NCBI GenBank assembly: GCA_030390025.1
Contig: CM059438.1
Location: 58,964,001-59,028,000, forward strand
DNA length: 64,000 nucleotides
Direction: 5' to 3'
From: Squalus acanthias
Taxonomy: Eukaryota
Notes under the pieces: model-generated
Told to the model about the DNA's origin: nothing
The model's input: the letters and a program-made list of their open reading frames with translations, nothing else
The model's database searches: none
Shown here: positions 11,801 through 23,800 of the stretch, one piece after another
Layout: each line of letters opens with the position of its first letter
Numbering within the stretch: the stretch's first letter is position 1
Program-made: the position numbers and the translations under genes

Positions 11801-14800
11801 CGAGCCTGTCAGTGTACGAGAGGTGCGAGCCTGTCAGTGTACGAGAGGTTGCGAGCTGTCAGTGTACGAGAGGTGCGAGCGTGTCGTGTCAGTGTACGAG
11901 AGGTGCGAGCGTGTCAGTGTACGAGAGGTGCGAGTCTGTCAGTGTACGAGAGGTGCGAGCCTGTCAGTGTACGAGAGGTGCGAGCCTGTCAGTGTACGAG
12001 AGGTGCAAGCGTGTCGTGTCAGTGTACGAGAGGTGCGAGCGTGTCAGTGTACGAGAGCTGCCAGTGTACGAGAGGTGCGAGCATGTCAGTGTACGAGAGG
12101 TGCCAGTGTACGAGAGGTGCGCGCGTACGGGAGGTGCGAGCGTGTCACTGTACGAGAGGTGCGAGCGTGTCAGTGTACGAGAGGTGCGAGCCTGTCAGTG
12201 TACGAGAGGTGCGAGCCTGTCAGTGTACGAGAGGTGCGAGCCTGTCAGTGTACGAGAGGTGCGAGCCTGTCAGTGTACGAGAGGTGCGAGCCTGTCAGTG
12301 TACGAGAGGTGCGAGCCTGTCAGTGTACGAGAGGTGCGAGCCTGTCAGTGTACGAGAGGTGCGCGCCTGTCAGTGTACGAGAGGTGCGAGCCTGTCAGTG
12401 TACGAGAGGTGCGAGCCTGTCAGTGTACGAGAGGTGCGAGCCTGTCAGTGTACGAGAGGTGCGAGCCTGTCAGTGTACGAGAGGTGCGAGCGTGCCAGTG
12501 TACGAGAGGTGCGAGCCTGTCAGTGTAGGAGAGGTGGCCAGTGTACGAGAGGTGCGAGCCTGTCAGTGTACGAGAGGTGCGAGCCTGTCAGTGTACGAAA
12601 GGTGCGAGCCTGTCAGTGTACGAAAGGTGCGAGCGGTCAGTGTACGAGAGGTGCGAGCGCCGTGTCAGTGTACGAGAGGTGCGAGCCTGTCAGTGTACGA
12701 GAGGTGCGAGCCTGTCAGTGTACGAGAGGTGCGAGCCTGTCAGTGTACGAGAGGTGCGAGCCTGTCAGTGTACGAGAGGTGCGAGCCTGTCAGTGTACGA
12801 GAGGTGCGAGCCTGTCAGTGTACGAGAGGTGCGAGCCTGTCAGTGTACGAGAGGTGCGAGCCTGTCAGTGTACGAGAGGTGCGAGCGTGTCGTGTCAGTG
12901 TACGAGAGGTGCGAGCGTGTCGTGTCAGTGTACGAGAGGTGCGAGCCTGTCAGTGTACGAGAGGTGCGAGCGTGTCAGTGTACGAGAGGTGCGAGCGTGT
13001 CAGTGTACGAGAGGTGCGAGCGTGTCAGTGTACGAGAGGTGCGAGCGTGTCAGTGTACGAGAGGTGCGAGCGGGTCAGTGTACGAGAGGTGCGAGCGTGT
13101 CAGTGTACGAGAGGTGCGAGCGTGTCAGTGTACGAGAGGTGCGAGCGTGTCAGTGTACGAGAGGTGCGAGCGTGTCAGTGTACGAGAGGTGCGAGCGTGT
13201 CAGTGTACGAGAGGTGCGAGCGTGTCAGTGTACGAGAGGTGCGAGCGTGTCAGTGTACGAGAGGTGCGAGCGTGTCAGTGTACGAGAGGTGCGAGCGTGT
13301 CAGTGTACGAGAGGTGCGAGCGTGTCAGTGTACGAGAGGTGCGAGCTTGTCAGTGTACGAGAGGTGCGAGCGTGTCAGTGTACGAGAGGTGCGAGCGTGT
13401 CAGTGTACGAGAGGTGCGAGCGTGTCAGTGTACGAGAGGTGCGAGCGTGTCAGTGTACGAGAGGTGCGAGCGTGTCAGTGTACGAGAGGTGCGAGCGTGT
13501 CAGTGTACGAGAGGTGCGAGCGTGTCAGTGTACGAGAGGTGCGAGCGTGTCAGTGTACGAGAGGTGCGAGCGTGTCAGTGTACGAGAGGTGCGAGCGTGT
13601 CAGTGTACGAGAGGTGCGAGCGGGTCAGTGTACGAGAGGTGCGAGCGGGTCAGTGTACGAGAGGTGCGAGCGGGTCAGTGTACGAGAGGTGCGAGCGGGT
13701 CAGTGTACGAGAGGTGCGAGCGGGTCAGTGTACGAGAGGTGCGAGCGTGTCGTGTCAGTGTACCAGAGGTGCGAGCGTGTTAGTGTACGAGAGGTGCGAG
13801 CGTGCCAGTGTACGAGAGGTGCGAGCCTGTCAGTGTACGAGAGGCGCGAGCCTGTCAGTGTACGAGAGGCGCGAGCCTGTCAGTGTACGAGAGGCGCGAG
13901 CCTGTCAGTGTACGAGGGGTGCGAGCGTGTCGTGTCAGTGTACGAGAGGTGCGAGCGTGTCGTGTCAGTGTCCGAGAGGTGCGAGCGTGTCGTGTCAGTA
14001 TACGAGAGGTGCGAGCGTGTCAGTGTAAGAGAGGTGCGAGCCTGTCAGTGTAGGAGAGGTGCGAGCCTGTCAGTGTACGAGAGGTGCCAGTGTACGAGAG
14101 GTGCGAGCGTGTCAGTGTACGAGAGGTGCGAGCGTGTCAGTGTACGAGAGTTGCGAGCCTGTCAGTGTACGAGAGGTGCGAGCCTGTCAGTGTACGAGAG
14201 CTGCGAGCGTGTCAGTGTACGAGAGCTGCGAGCGTGTCAGTGTACGAGAGGTGCGAGCCTGTCAGTGTACGAGAGGTGCGAGCCTGTCAGTGTACGAGAG
14301 GTGCGAGCCTGTCAGTGTACGAGAGGTGCGAGCCTGTCAGTGTACGAGAGGTGCGAGCCTGTCAGTGTACGAGAGGTGCGAGCCTGTCAGTGTACGAGAG
14401 GTGCGAGCCTGTCAGTGTACGAGAGGTGCGAGCCTGTCAGTGTACGAGAGGTGCGAGCCTGTCAGTGTACGAGAGGTGCGAGCCTGTCAGTGTACGAGAG
14501 TGCGAGCCTGTCAGTGTACGAGAGGTGCGAGCCTGTCAGTGTACGAGAGGTGCGAGCCTGTCAGTGTACGAGAGGTGCGAGCCTGTCAGTGTACGAGAGG
14601 TGCGAGCCTGTCAGTGTACGAGAGGTGCGAGCCGTGTCAGTGTACGAGAGGTGCGAGCCTGTCAGTGTACGAGAGGTGCGAGCCTGTCAGTGTACGAGAG
14701 GTGCGAGCGTGTCAGTGACGAGAGGTGCGAGCGTGTCAGTGTACGAGAGTGCGAGCGTGTCAGTGTACTAGAGGTGCGAGCGTGTCGTGTCAGTGTACGA

Positions 14801-17800
14801 GAGGTGCGAGCGTGTTAGTGTACGAGAGGTGCGAGCGTGCCAGTGTACGAGAGGTGCCAGTGTACGAGAAGCTGCGAGCGTACGAGAGGTGCGAGCCTGT
14901 CAGTGTACGAGAGGTGCGAGCCTGTCTGTGTACGAGAGGTGCAAAGCGTGTCGTGTCAGTGTACGAGAGGTGCGAGCGTGTCAGTGTACGAGAGGTGCCA
15001 GTGTACGAGAAGTGCGAGCGTGTCAGTGTACGAGAGGTGCGAGCGTGTCAGTGTACGAGAGGTGCGAGCGTGTCAGTGTACGAGAGGTGCGAGCGTGTCA
15101 GTGTACGAGAGGTGCGAGCGTGTCAGTGTACGAGAGGTGCGAGCGTGTCAGTGTACGAGAGGTGCGAGCGTGTCAGTGTACGAGAGGTGCGAGCGTGTCA
15201 GTGTACGAGAGGTGCGAGCGTGTCAGTGTACGAGAGGTGCGAGCGTGTCAGTGTACGAGAGGTGCGAGCGTGTCAGTGTACGAGAGGTGCGAGCGTGTCA
15301 GTGTACGAGAGGTGCGAGCGTGTCAGTGTACGAGAGGTGCGAGCGTGTCAGTGTACGAGAGGTGCGAGCGGGTCAGTGTACGAGAGGTGCGAGCGGGTCA
15401 GTGTACGAGAGGTGCGAGCGGGTCAGTGTACGAGAGGTGCGAGCGGGTCAGTGTACGAGAGGTGCGAGCGTGTCAGTGTACGAGAGGTGCGAGCGTGTCA
15501 GTGTACGAGAGGTGCGAGCGTGTCGTGTCAGTGTACCAGAGGTGCGAGCGTGTTAGTGTACGAGAGGTGCGAGCGTGTCAGTGTACGAGAGGTGCGAGCG
15601 TGTCGTGTCAGTATACGAGAGGTGCGAGCGTGTCAGTGTAAGAGAGGTGCGAGCCTGTCAGTGTAGGAGAGGTGCGAGCCTGTCAGTGTACGAGAGGTGC
15701 CAGTGTACGAGAGGTGCGAGCGTGTCAGTGTACGAGAGGTGCGAGCGTGTCAGTGTACGAGAGTTGCGAGCCTGTCAGTGTACGAGAGGTGCGAGCCTGT
15801 CAGTGTACGAGAGCTGCGAGCCTGTCAGTGTACGAGAGCTGCGAGCGTGTCAGTGTACGAGAGGTGCGAGCCTGTCAGTGTACGAGAGGTGCGAGCCTGT
15901 CAGTGTACGAGTGGTGCGAGCCTGTCAGTGTACGAGAGGTGCGAGCCTGTCAGTGTACGAGAGGTGCGAGCCTGTCAGTGTACGAGAGGTGCGAGCCTGT
16001 CAGTGTACGAGAGGTGCGAGCCTGTCAGTGTACGAGAGGTGCGAGCCTGTCAGTGTACGAGAGGTGCGAGCCTGTCAGTGTACGAGAGGTGCGAGCGTGT
16101 CAGTGTACGAGAGGTGCGAGCGTGCCAGTGTACGAGAGCTGCGAGCGTACGAGAGGTGCGAGCCTGTCAGTGTACGAGAGGTGCGAGCCTGTCAGTGTAC
16201 GAGAGGTGCAAGCGTGTCGTGTCAGTGTACGAGAGGTGCGAGCGTGTCAGTGTACGAGAGGTGCCAGTGTACGAGAAGTGCGAGCGTGTCAGTGTACGAG
16301 AGGTGCGAGCCTGTCAGTGTACGAGAGGTGCGTGCCCGTCAGTGTACGAGAGGTGCGAGCGTGTCGTGTCAGTGTACGAGAGGTGCGAGCGTGTCGTGTC
16401 AGTGTACGAGAGGTGCGAGCGTGTCGTGTCAGTGTACGAGAGGTGCGAGCGTGTCGTGTCAGTGTACGAGAGGTGCGAGCGTGTCGTGTCAGTGTACGAG
16501 AGGTGCGAGCCTGTCAGTGTACGAGAGGTGCCAGTGTACGAGAGGTGCGAGCGTACGAGAGGTGCGAGCCTGTCAGTGTACGAGAGGTGCCAGTGTACGA
16601 GAGGAGCGAGCCTGTCAGTGTACGAGAGGTGCGAGCCTGTCAGTGTACGAGAGGTGCGAGCCTGTCAGTGTACGAGAGGTGCGAGCGTGTCAGTGTACGA
16701 GAGGTGCGAGCGTGTCAGTGTACGAGAGGTGCCAGTGTACGAGAAGTGCGAGCGTGTCAGTGTACGAGAGGTGCGAGCCTGTCAGTGTACGAGACGTGCG
16801 AGCGTGTCAGTGTACGAGAGGTGTCAGCGTACGAGAGGTGCGAGCCTGTCAGCGTGCGAGAGGTGCGAGCGTGTCGTGTCAGTGTGCGAGAGGTGCGAGC
16901 GTGTCGTGTCAGTGTGCGAGAGGTGCGAGCGTGTCGTGTCAGTGTGCGAGAGGTGCGAGCGTGTCAGTGTGCGAGAGGTGCGAGCGTGTCAGTGTGCGAG
17001 AGGTGCGAGCGTGTCAGTGTGCGAGAGGTGCGAGCGTGTCAGTGTGCGAGAGTTGCGAGCGTGTCAGTGTGCGAGAGGTGCGAGCGTGTCAGTGTGCGAG
17101 AGGTGCGAGCGTGTCAGTGTGCGAGAGGTGCGAGCGTGTCAGTGTGCGAGAGGTGCGAGCGTGTCAGTGTGCGAGAGGTGCGAGCGTGTCAGTGTGCGAG
17201 AGGTGCGAGCGTGTCAGTGTGCGAGAGGTGCGAGCGTGTCAGTGTGCGAGAGGTGCGAGCGTGTCAGTGTGCGAGAGGTGCGAGCGTGTCAGTGTGCGAG
17301 AGGTGCGAGCGTGTCAGTGTGCGAGAGGTGCGAGCGTGTCAGTGTGCGAGAGGTGCGAGCGTGTCAGTGTGCGAGAGGTGCGAGCGTGTCAGTGTGCGAG
17401 AGGTGCGAGCGTGTCAGTGTGCGAGAGGTGCGAGCGTGTCAGTGTGCGAGAGGTGCGAGCGTGTCAGTGTGCGAGAGGTGCGAGCGTGTCAGTGTGCGAG
17501 AGGTGCGAGCGTGTCAGTGTGCGAGAGGTGCGAGCGTGTCAGTGTGCGAGAGGTGCGAGCGTGTCAGTGTGCGAGAGGTGCGAGCGTGTCAGTGTGCGAG
17601 AGGTGCGAGCGTGTCAGTGTGCGAGAGGTGCGAGCGTGTCAGTGTGCGAGAGGTGCGAGCGTGTCAGTGTGCGAGAGGTGCGAGCGTGTCAGTGTGCGAG
17701 AGGTGCGAGCGTGTCAGTGTGCGAGAGGTGCGAGCGTGTCAGTGTGCGAGAGGTGCGAGCGTGTCAGTGTACGAGAGGTGCGAGCGTGTCAGTGTACGAG

Positions 17801-20800
17801 AGGTGCGAGCGTGTCAGTGTACGAGAGGTGCGAGCGTGTCAGTGTACGAGAGGTGCGAGCGTGTCAGTGTACGAGAGGTGCGAGCGTGTCAGTGTACGAG
17901 AGGTGCGAGCGTGTCAGTGTACGAGAGGTGCGAGCGTGTCAGTGTACGAGAGGTGCGAGCGTGTCAGTGTACGAGAGGTGCGAGCGTGTCAGTGTACGAG
18001 AGGTGCGAGCGTGTCAGTGTACGAGAGGTGCGAGCGTGTCAGTGTACGAGAGGTGCGAGCGTGTCAGTGTACGAGAGGTGCGAGCCTGTCAGTGTACGAG
18101 AGGTGCGAGCCTGTCAGTGTACGAGAGGTGCGAGCCTGTCAGTGTACGAGAGGTGCGAGCCTGTCAGTGTACGAGAGGTGCGAGCCTGTCAGTGTACGAG
18201 AGGTGCGAGCCTGTCAGTGTACGAGAGGTGCGAGCCTGTCAGTGTACGAGAGGTGCGAGCCTGTCAGTGTACGAGAGGTGCGAGCCGTGTCAGTGTACGA
18301 GAGGTGCGAGCGTGTCAGTGTACGAGAGGTGCGAGCGTGTCAGTGTACGAGAGGTGCGAGCGTGTCAGTGTACGAGAGGTGCGAGCGTGTCAGTGTACGA
18401 GAGGTGCGAGCGTGTCAGTGTACGAGAGGTGCGAGCGTGTCAGTGTACGAGAGGTGCGAGCGTGTCAGTGTACGAGAGGTGCGAGCGTGTCAGTGTACGA
18501 GAGGTGCGAGCCGTGTCAGTGTACGAGAGGTGCGAGCGTGTCAGTGTACGAGAGGTGCGAGCGTGTCAGTGTACGAGAGGTGCGAGCGTGTCAGTGTACG
18601 AGAGGTGCGAGCCGTGTCAGTGTACGAGAGGTGCGAGCGTGTCAGTGTACGAGAGGTGCGAGCGTGTCAGTGTACGAGAGGTGCGAGCGTGTCAGTGTAC
18701 GAGAGGTGCGAGCGTGTCAGTGTACGAGAGGTGCGAGCGTGTCAGTGTACGAGAGGTGCGAGCGTGTCAGTGTACGAGAGGTGCGAGCGTGTCAGTGTAC
18801 GAGAGGTGCGAGCGTGTCAGTGTACGAGAGGTGCGAGCGTGTCAGTGTACGAGAGGTGCGAGCGTGTCAGTGTACGAGAGGTGCGAGCGTGTCAGTGTAC
18901 GAGAGGTGCGAGCGTGTCAGTGTACGAGAGGTGCGAGCGTGTCAGTGTACGAGAGGTGCGAGCGTGTCAGTGTACGAGAGGTGCGAGCGTGTCAGTGTAC
19001 GAGAGGTGCGAGCGTGTCAGTGTACGAGAGGTGCGAGCGTGTCAGTGTACGAGAGGTGCGAGCGTGTCAGTGTACGAGAGGTGCGAGCGTGTCAGTGTAC
19101 GAGAGGTGCGAGCGTGTCAGTGTACGAGAGGTGCGAGCGTGTCAGTGTACGAGAGGTGCGAGCGTGTCAGTGTACGAGAGGTGCGAGCGTGTCAGTGTAC
19201 GAGAGGTGCGAGCGTGTCAGTGTACGAGAGGTGCGAGCGTGTCAGTGTACGAGAGGTGCGAGCGGTCAGTGTACGAGAGGTGCGAGCGTGTCAGTGTACG
19301 AGAGGTGCGAGCGTGTCAGTGTACGAGAGGTGCGAGCGTGTCAGTGTACGAGAGGTGCGAGTCGTGTCAGTGTACGAGAGGTGCGAGCGTGTCAGTGTAG
19401 AGAGGTGCGAACGTGTCAGTGTACGAGAGGTGCGAACGTGTCAGTGTACGAGAGGTGCGAGCGTGTCGTGTCAGTGTACGAGAGGTGCGAGCGTGTCGTG
19501 TCAGTGTACGAGAGGTGCGAGCGTGTCAGTGTACGAGAGGTGCGAGCGTGTCAGTGTACGAGAGGTGCGAGCGTGTCAGTGTACGAGAGGTGCGAGCGTG
19601 TCAGTGTACGAGAGGTGCGAGCGTGTCGTGTCAGTGTACGAGAGGTGCGAGCGTGTTAGTGTACGAGAGGTGCGAGCGAGCCAGTGTACGAGAGGTGCGA
19701 GCGTGCCAGTGTACGAGAGGTGCCAGTGTACGAGAGGTGCGAGCGTACGAGAGGTGCGAGCCTGTCAGTGTACGAGAGGTGCCAGTGTACGAGAGGAGCG
19801 AGCCTGTCAGTGTACGAGAGGTGCGAGCCTGTCAGTGTGCGAGAGGTGCGAGCCTGTCAGTGTGCGAGAGGTGCGAGCGTGTCAGTGTGCGAGAGGTGCG
19901 AGCGTGTCAGTGTGCGAGAGGTGCGAGCGTGTCAGTGTGCGAGAGGTGCGAGCGTGTCAGTGTGCGAGAGGTGCGAGCGTGTCAGTGTGCGAGAGGTGCG
20001 AGCGTGTCAGTGTGCGAGAGGTGCGAGCGTGTCAGTGTGCGAGAGGTGCGAGCGTGTCAGTGTGCGAGAGGTGCGAGCGTGTCAGTGTGCGAGAGGTGCG
20101 AGCGTGTCAGTGTGCGAGAGGTGCGAGCGTGTCAGTGTGCGAGAGGTGCGAGCGTGTCAGTGTACGAGAGGTGCGAGCGTGTCAGTGTACGAGAGGTGCG
20201 AGCGTGTCAGTGTACGAGAGGTGCGAGCGTGTCAGTGTACGAGAGGTGCGAGCGTGTCAGTGTACGAGAGGTGCGAGCGTGTCAGTGTACGAGAGGTGCG
20301 AGCGTGTCAGTGTACGAGAGGTGCGAGCGTGTCAGTGTACGAGAGGTGCGAGCGTGTCAGTGTACGAGAGGTGCGAGCGTGTCAGTGTACGAGAGGTGCG
20401 AGCGTGTCAGTGTACGAGAGGTGCGAGCGTGTCAGTGTACGAGAGGTGCGAGCGTGTCAGTGTACGAGAGGTGCGAGCGTGTCAGTGTACGAGAGGTGCG
20501 AGCGTGTCAGTGTACGAGAGGTGCGAGCGTGTCAGTGTACGAGAGGTGCGAGCGTGTCAGTGTACGAGAGGTGCGAGCTGTCAGTGTACGAGAGGTGCGA
20601 GCCTGTCAGTGAACGAGAGGTGCGAGCGTGTCAGTGTACGAGAGGTGCGAGCCTGTCAGTGTACGAATGGTGCGAGCCTGTCAGTGTACGAGAGGTGCGA
20701 GCCTGTCAGTGTACGAGAGGTGCGAGCCTGTCAGTGTACGAGAGGTGCGAGCCTGTCAGTGTACGAGAGGTGCGAGCCTGTCAGTGTACGAGAGGTGCGA

Positions 20801-23800
20801 GCGTGTCAGTGTACGAGAGGTGCGAGCGTGTCAGTGTACGAGAGGTGCGAGCGTGTCAGTGTACGAGAGGTGCGAGCGTGTCAGTGTACGAGAGGTGCGA
20901 GCGTGTCAGTGTACGAGAGGTGCGAGCGTGTCGTGTCAGTGTACGAGAGGTGCGAGCGTGTAGTGTACGAGAGGTGCGAGCGAGCCAGTGTACGAGAGGT
21001 GCGAGCGTGCAGTGTACGAGAGGTGCCAGTGTACGAGAGGTGCGAGCGTACGAGAGGGTGCGAGCCTGTCAGTGTACGAGAGGTGCCAGTGTACGAGAGG
21101 TGCGAGCGTGTCAGTGTACGAGAGGTGCGAGCGTGTCAGTGTACGAGAGGTGCGAGCCTGTCAGATGTACGAGAGGTGCGAGCCTGTCAGTGTACGAGAG
21201 TGTGCGAGCCTTGTCAGTGTACGAGAGGTGCCAGTGTACGAGAAGTGCGAGCGTGTCAGTGTACGAGAGGTTCGAGCCTGTCAGTGTACGAGAGGTGCGT
21301 GCCTGTCAGTGTACGTAGAGCTGCGAGCGTGTCGTGTCAGTGGTACGAGAGGTGCGAGCGTGTCGTGTCAGTGTACGAGAGGTGCGAGCGTGTCGTGTCA
21401 GTGTACGAGAGGTGCGAGCGTGTCGTGTCAGTGTACGAGAGGTGCGAGCCTGTCAGTGTACGAGAGGTGCCAGTGTACGAGAGGTGCGAGCGTACGAGAG
21501 GTGCGAGCCTGTCAGTGTACGAGAGGTGCCAGTGTACGAGAGGAGCGAGCCTGTCAGTGTACGAGAGGTGCGAGCCTGTCAGTGTACGAGAGGTGCGAGC
21601 CTGTCAGTGTACGAGAGGTGCGAGCGTGTCAGTGTACGAGAGGTGCGAGCGTGTCAGTGTACGAGAGGTGCGAGCGTGTCAGTGTACGAGAGGTGCGAGC
21701 GTTGTCAGTGTACGAGAGGTGCGAGCGTGTCAGTGTACGAGAGGTGCGAGCGTGTCAGTGTACGAGAGGTGCGAGCGTGTCAGTGTACGAGAGGTGCGAG
21801 CGTGTCAGTGTACGAGAGGTGCGAGCGTGTCAGTGTACGAGAGGTGCGAGCGGTGTCAGTGTACGAGAGGTGCGAGCGTGTCAGTGTACGAGAGGTGCGA
21901 GCGTGTCAGTGTACGAGAGGTGCGAGCGTGTCAGTGTACGAGAGGTTGCGAGCGTGTCAGTGTACGAGAGGTGCGAGCGTGGTCAGTGTACGAGAGGTGC
22001 GAGCGTGTCAGTGTACGAGAGGTGCGAGCGTGTCAGTGTACGAGAGGTGCGAGCGTGTCAGTGTACGAGAGGTGCGAGCGTGTCAGTGTACGAGAGGTGC
22101 GAGCGTGTCAGTGTACGAGAGGTGCGAGCGTGTCAGTGTACGAGAGGTGCGAGCGTGTCAGTGTACGAGAGGTGCGAGCGTGTCAGTGTACGAGAGGTGC
22201 GAGCGTGTCAGTGTACGAGAGGTGCGAGCGTGTCAGTGTACGAGAGGTGCGAGCCGTGTCAGTGTACGAGAGGTGCGAGCGTGTCAGTGTACGAGAGGTG
22301 CGAGCGTGTCAGTGTACGAGAGGTGCGAGCGTGTCAGTGTACGAGAGGTGCGAGCGTGTCAGTGTACGAGAGGTGCGAGCGTGTCAGTGTACGAGAGGTG
22401 CGAGCGTGTCAGTGTACGAGAGGTGCGAGCGTGTCAGTGTACGAGAGGTGCGAGCGTGTCAGTGTACGAGAGGTGCGAGCGTGTCAGTGTACGAGAGGTG
22501 CGAGCGTGTCAGTGTACGAGAGGTGCGAGCGTGTCAGTGTACGAGAGGTGCGAGCGTGTCAGTGTACGAGAGGTGCGAGCGTGTCAGTGTACGAGAGGTG
22601 CGAGCGTGTCAGTGTACGAGAGGTGCGAGCGTGTCAGTGTACGAGAGGTGCGAGCGTGTCAGTGTACGAGAGGTGCGAGCGTGTCAGTGTACGAGAGGTG
22701 CGAGCGTGTCAGTGTACGAGAGGTGCGAGCGTGTCAGTGTACGAGAGGTGCGAGCGTGTCAGTGTACGAGAGGTGCGAGCGTGTCGTGTCAGAGAGGTGC
22801 GAGCGTGTCAGCGTACGAGAGGTGCGAACGTGTCAGCGTACGAGAGGTGCGAGCGTGTCGTGTCAGTGTACGAGAGGTGCGAGCGTGTCGTGTCAGTGTA
22901 CGAGAGGTGCGAGCGTGTCAGTGTACGAGAGGTGCGAGCGTGTCAGTGTACGAGAGGTGCGAGCGTGTCAGTGTACGAGAGGTGCGAGCGTGTCAGTGTA
23001 CGAGAGGTGCGAGCGTGTCAGTGTACGAGAGGTGCGAGCGTGTCAGTGTACGAGAGGTGCGAGCGTGTCAGTGTACGAGAGGTGCGAGTGTGTCGTGTCA
23101 GTGTACGAGAGGTGCGAGCGTGTTAGTGTACGAGAGGTGCGAGCGAGCCAGTGTACGAGAGGTGCGAGCGTGTCAGTGTACGAGAGGTGCGAGGTGTCAG
23201 TGTACGAGAGGTGCGAGGTGTCTGTGTACGAGAGGTGCGAGCGTGTCAGTGTAGAGAGTGCGAGGTGTCAGTGTACGAGAGGTGCGAGCGTGTCGTGTCA
23301 GTGTTCGAGAGTTCAAAAACAAAGGAGACCGAAAAAGATGGTGAGAGAGTGTCAGTGTTACGATGATGGTGCGAACGGTCAGTGTGCGAGAGGTGCGACG
23401 TGTCAGTGTGCGAGAGGTGCGAGCGTGGTGTCAGTGTGCGAGAGGGTGCGAGGATCGTGTCGTGTGCGAGAGGTGCGAGCGTGTCGGTTGAGAGGTGACG
23501 AGCGTGTCAGTGTACGAGAGGTGCGAGCGGAGTCTGTGTACGAGAGGTGCGAGCGTGTAAGGGTACGAGGGTGCAGAGGTGTGTGGTCAGTGTACTGAGA
23601 GGTGCGAATGCGTGTTAGTGTAGAGAGGTGACGAGCGTGCAAGTGTACGAGAGGTGCGAGCGTGACAGTGTACGAGAAGTTGCCGTGTACGGAGCGAGGT
23701 GCGAGCGTACGAGAGGTGCGAGCCTGGTATCAGTGTACGAGAGGTGCCTGTGTTCGAGAGTAGCGAGCCTGTCAGTGTACGAGAGTGCGTGCCTGTCAGT

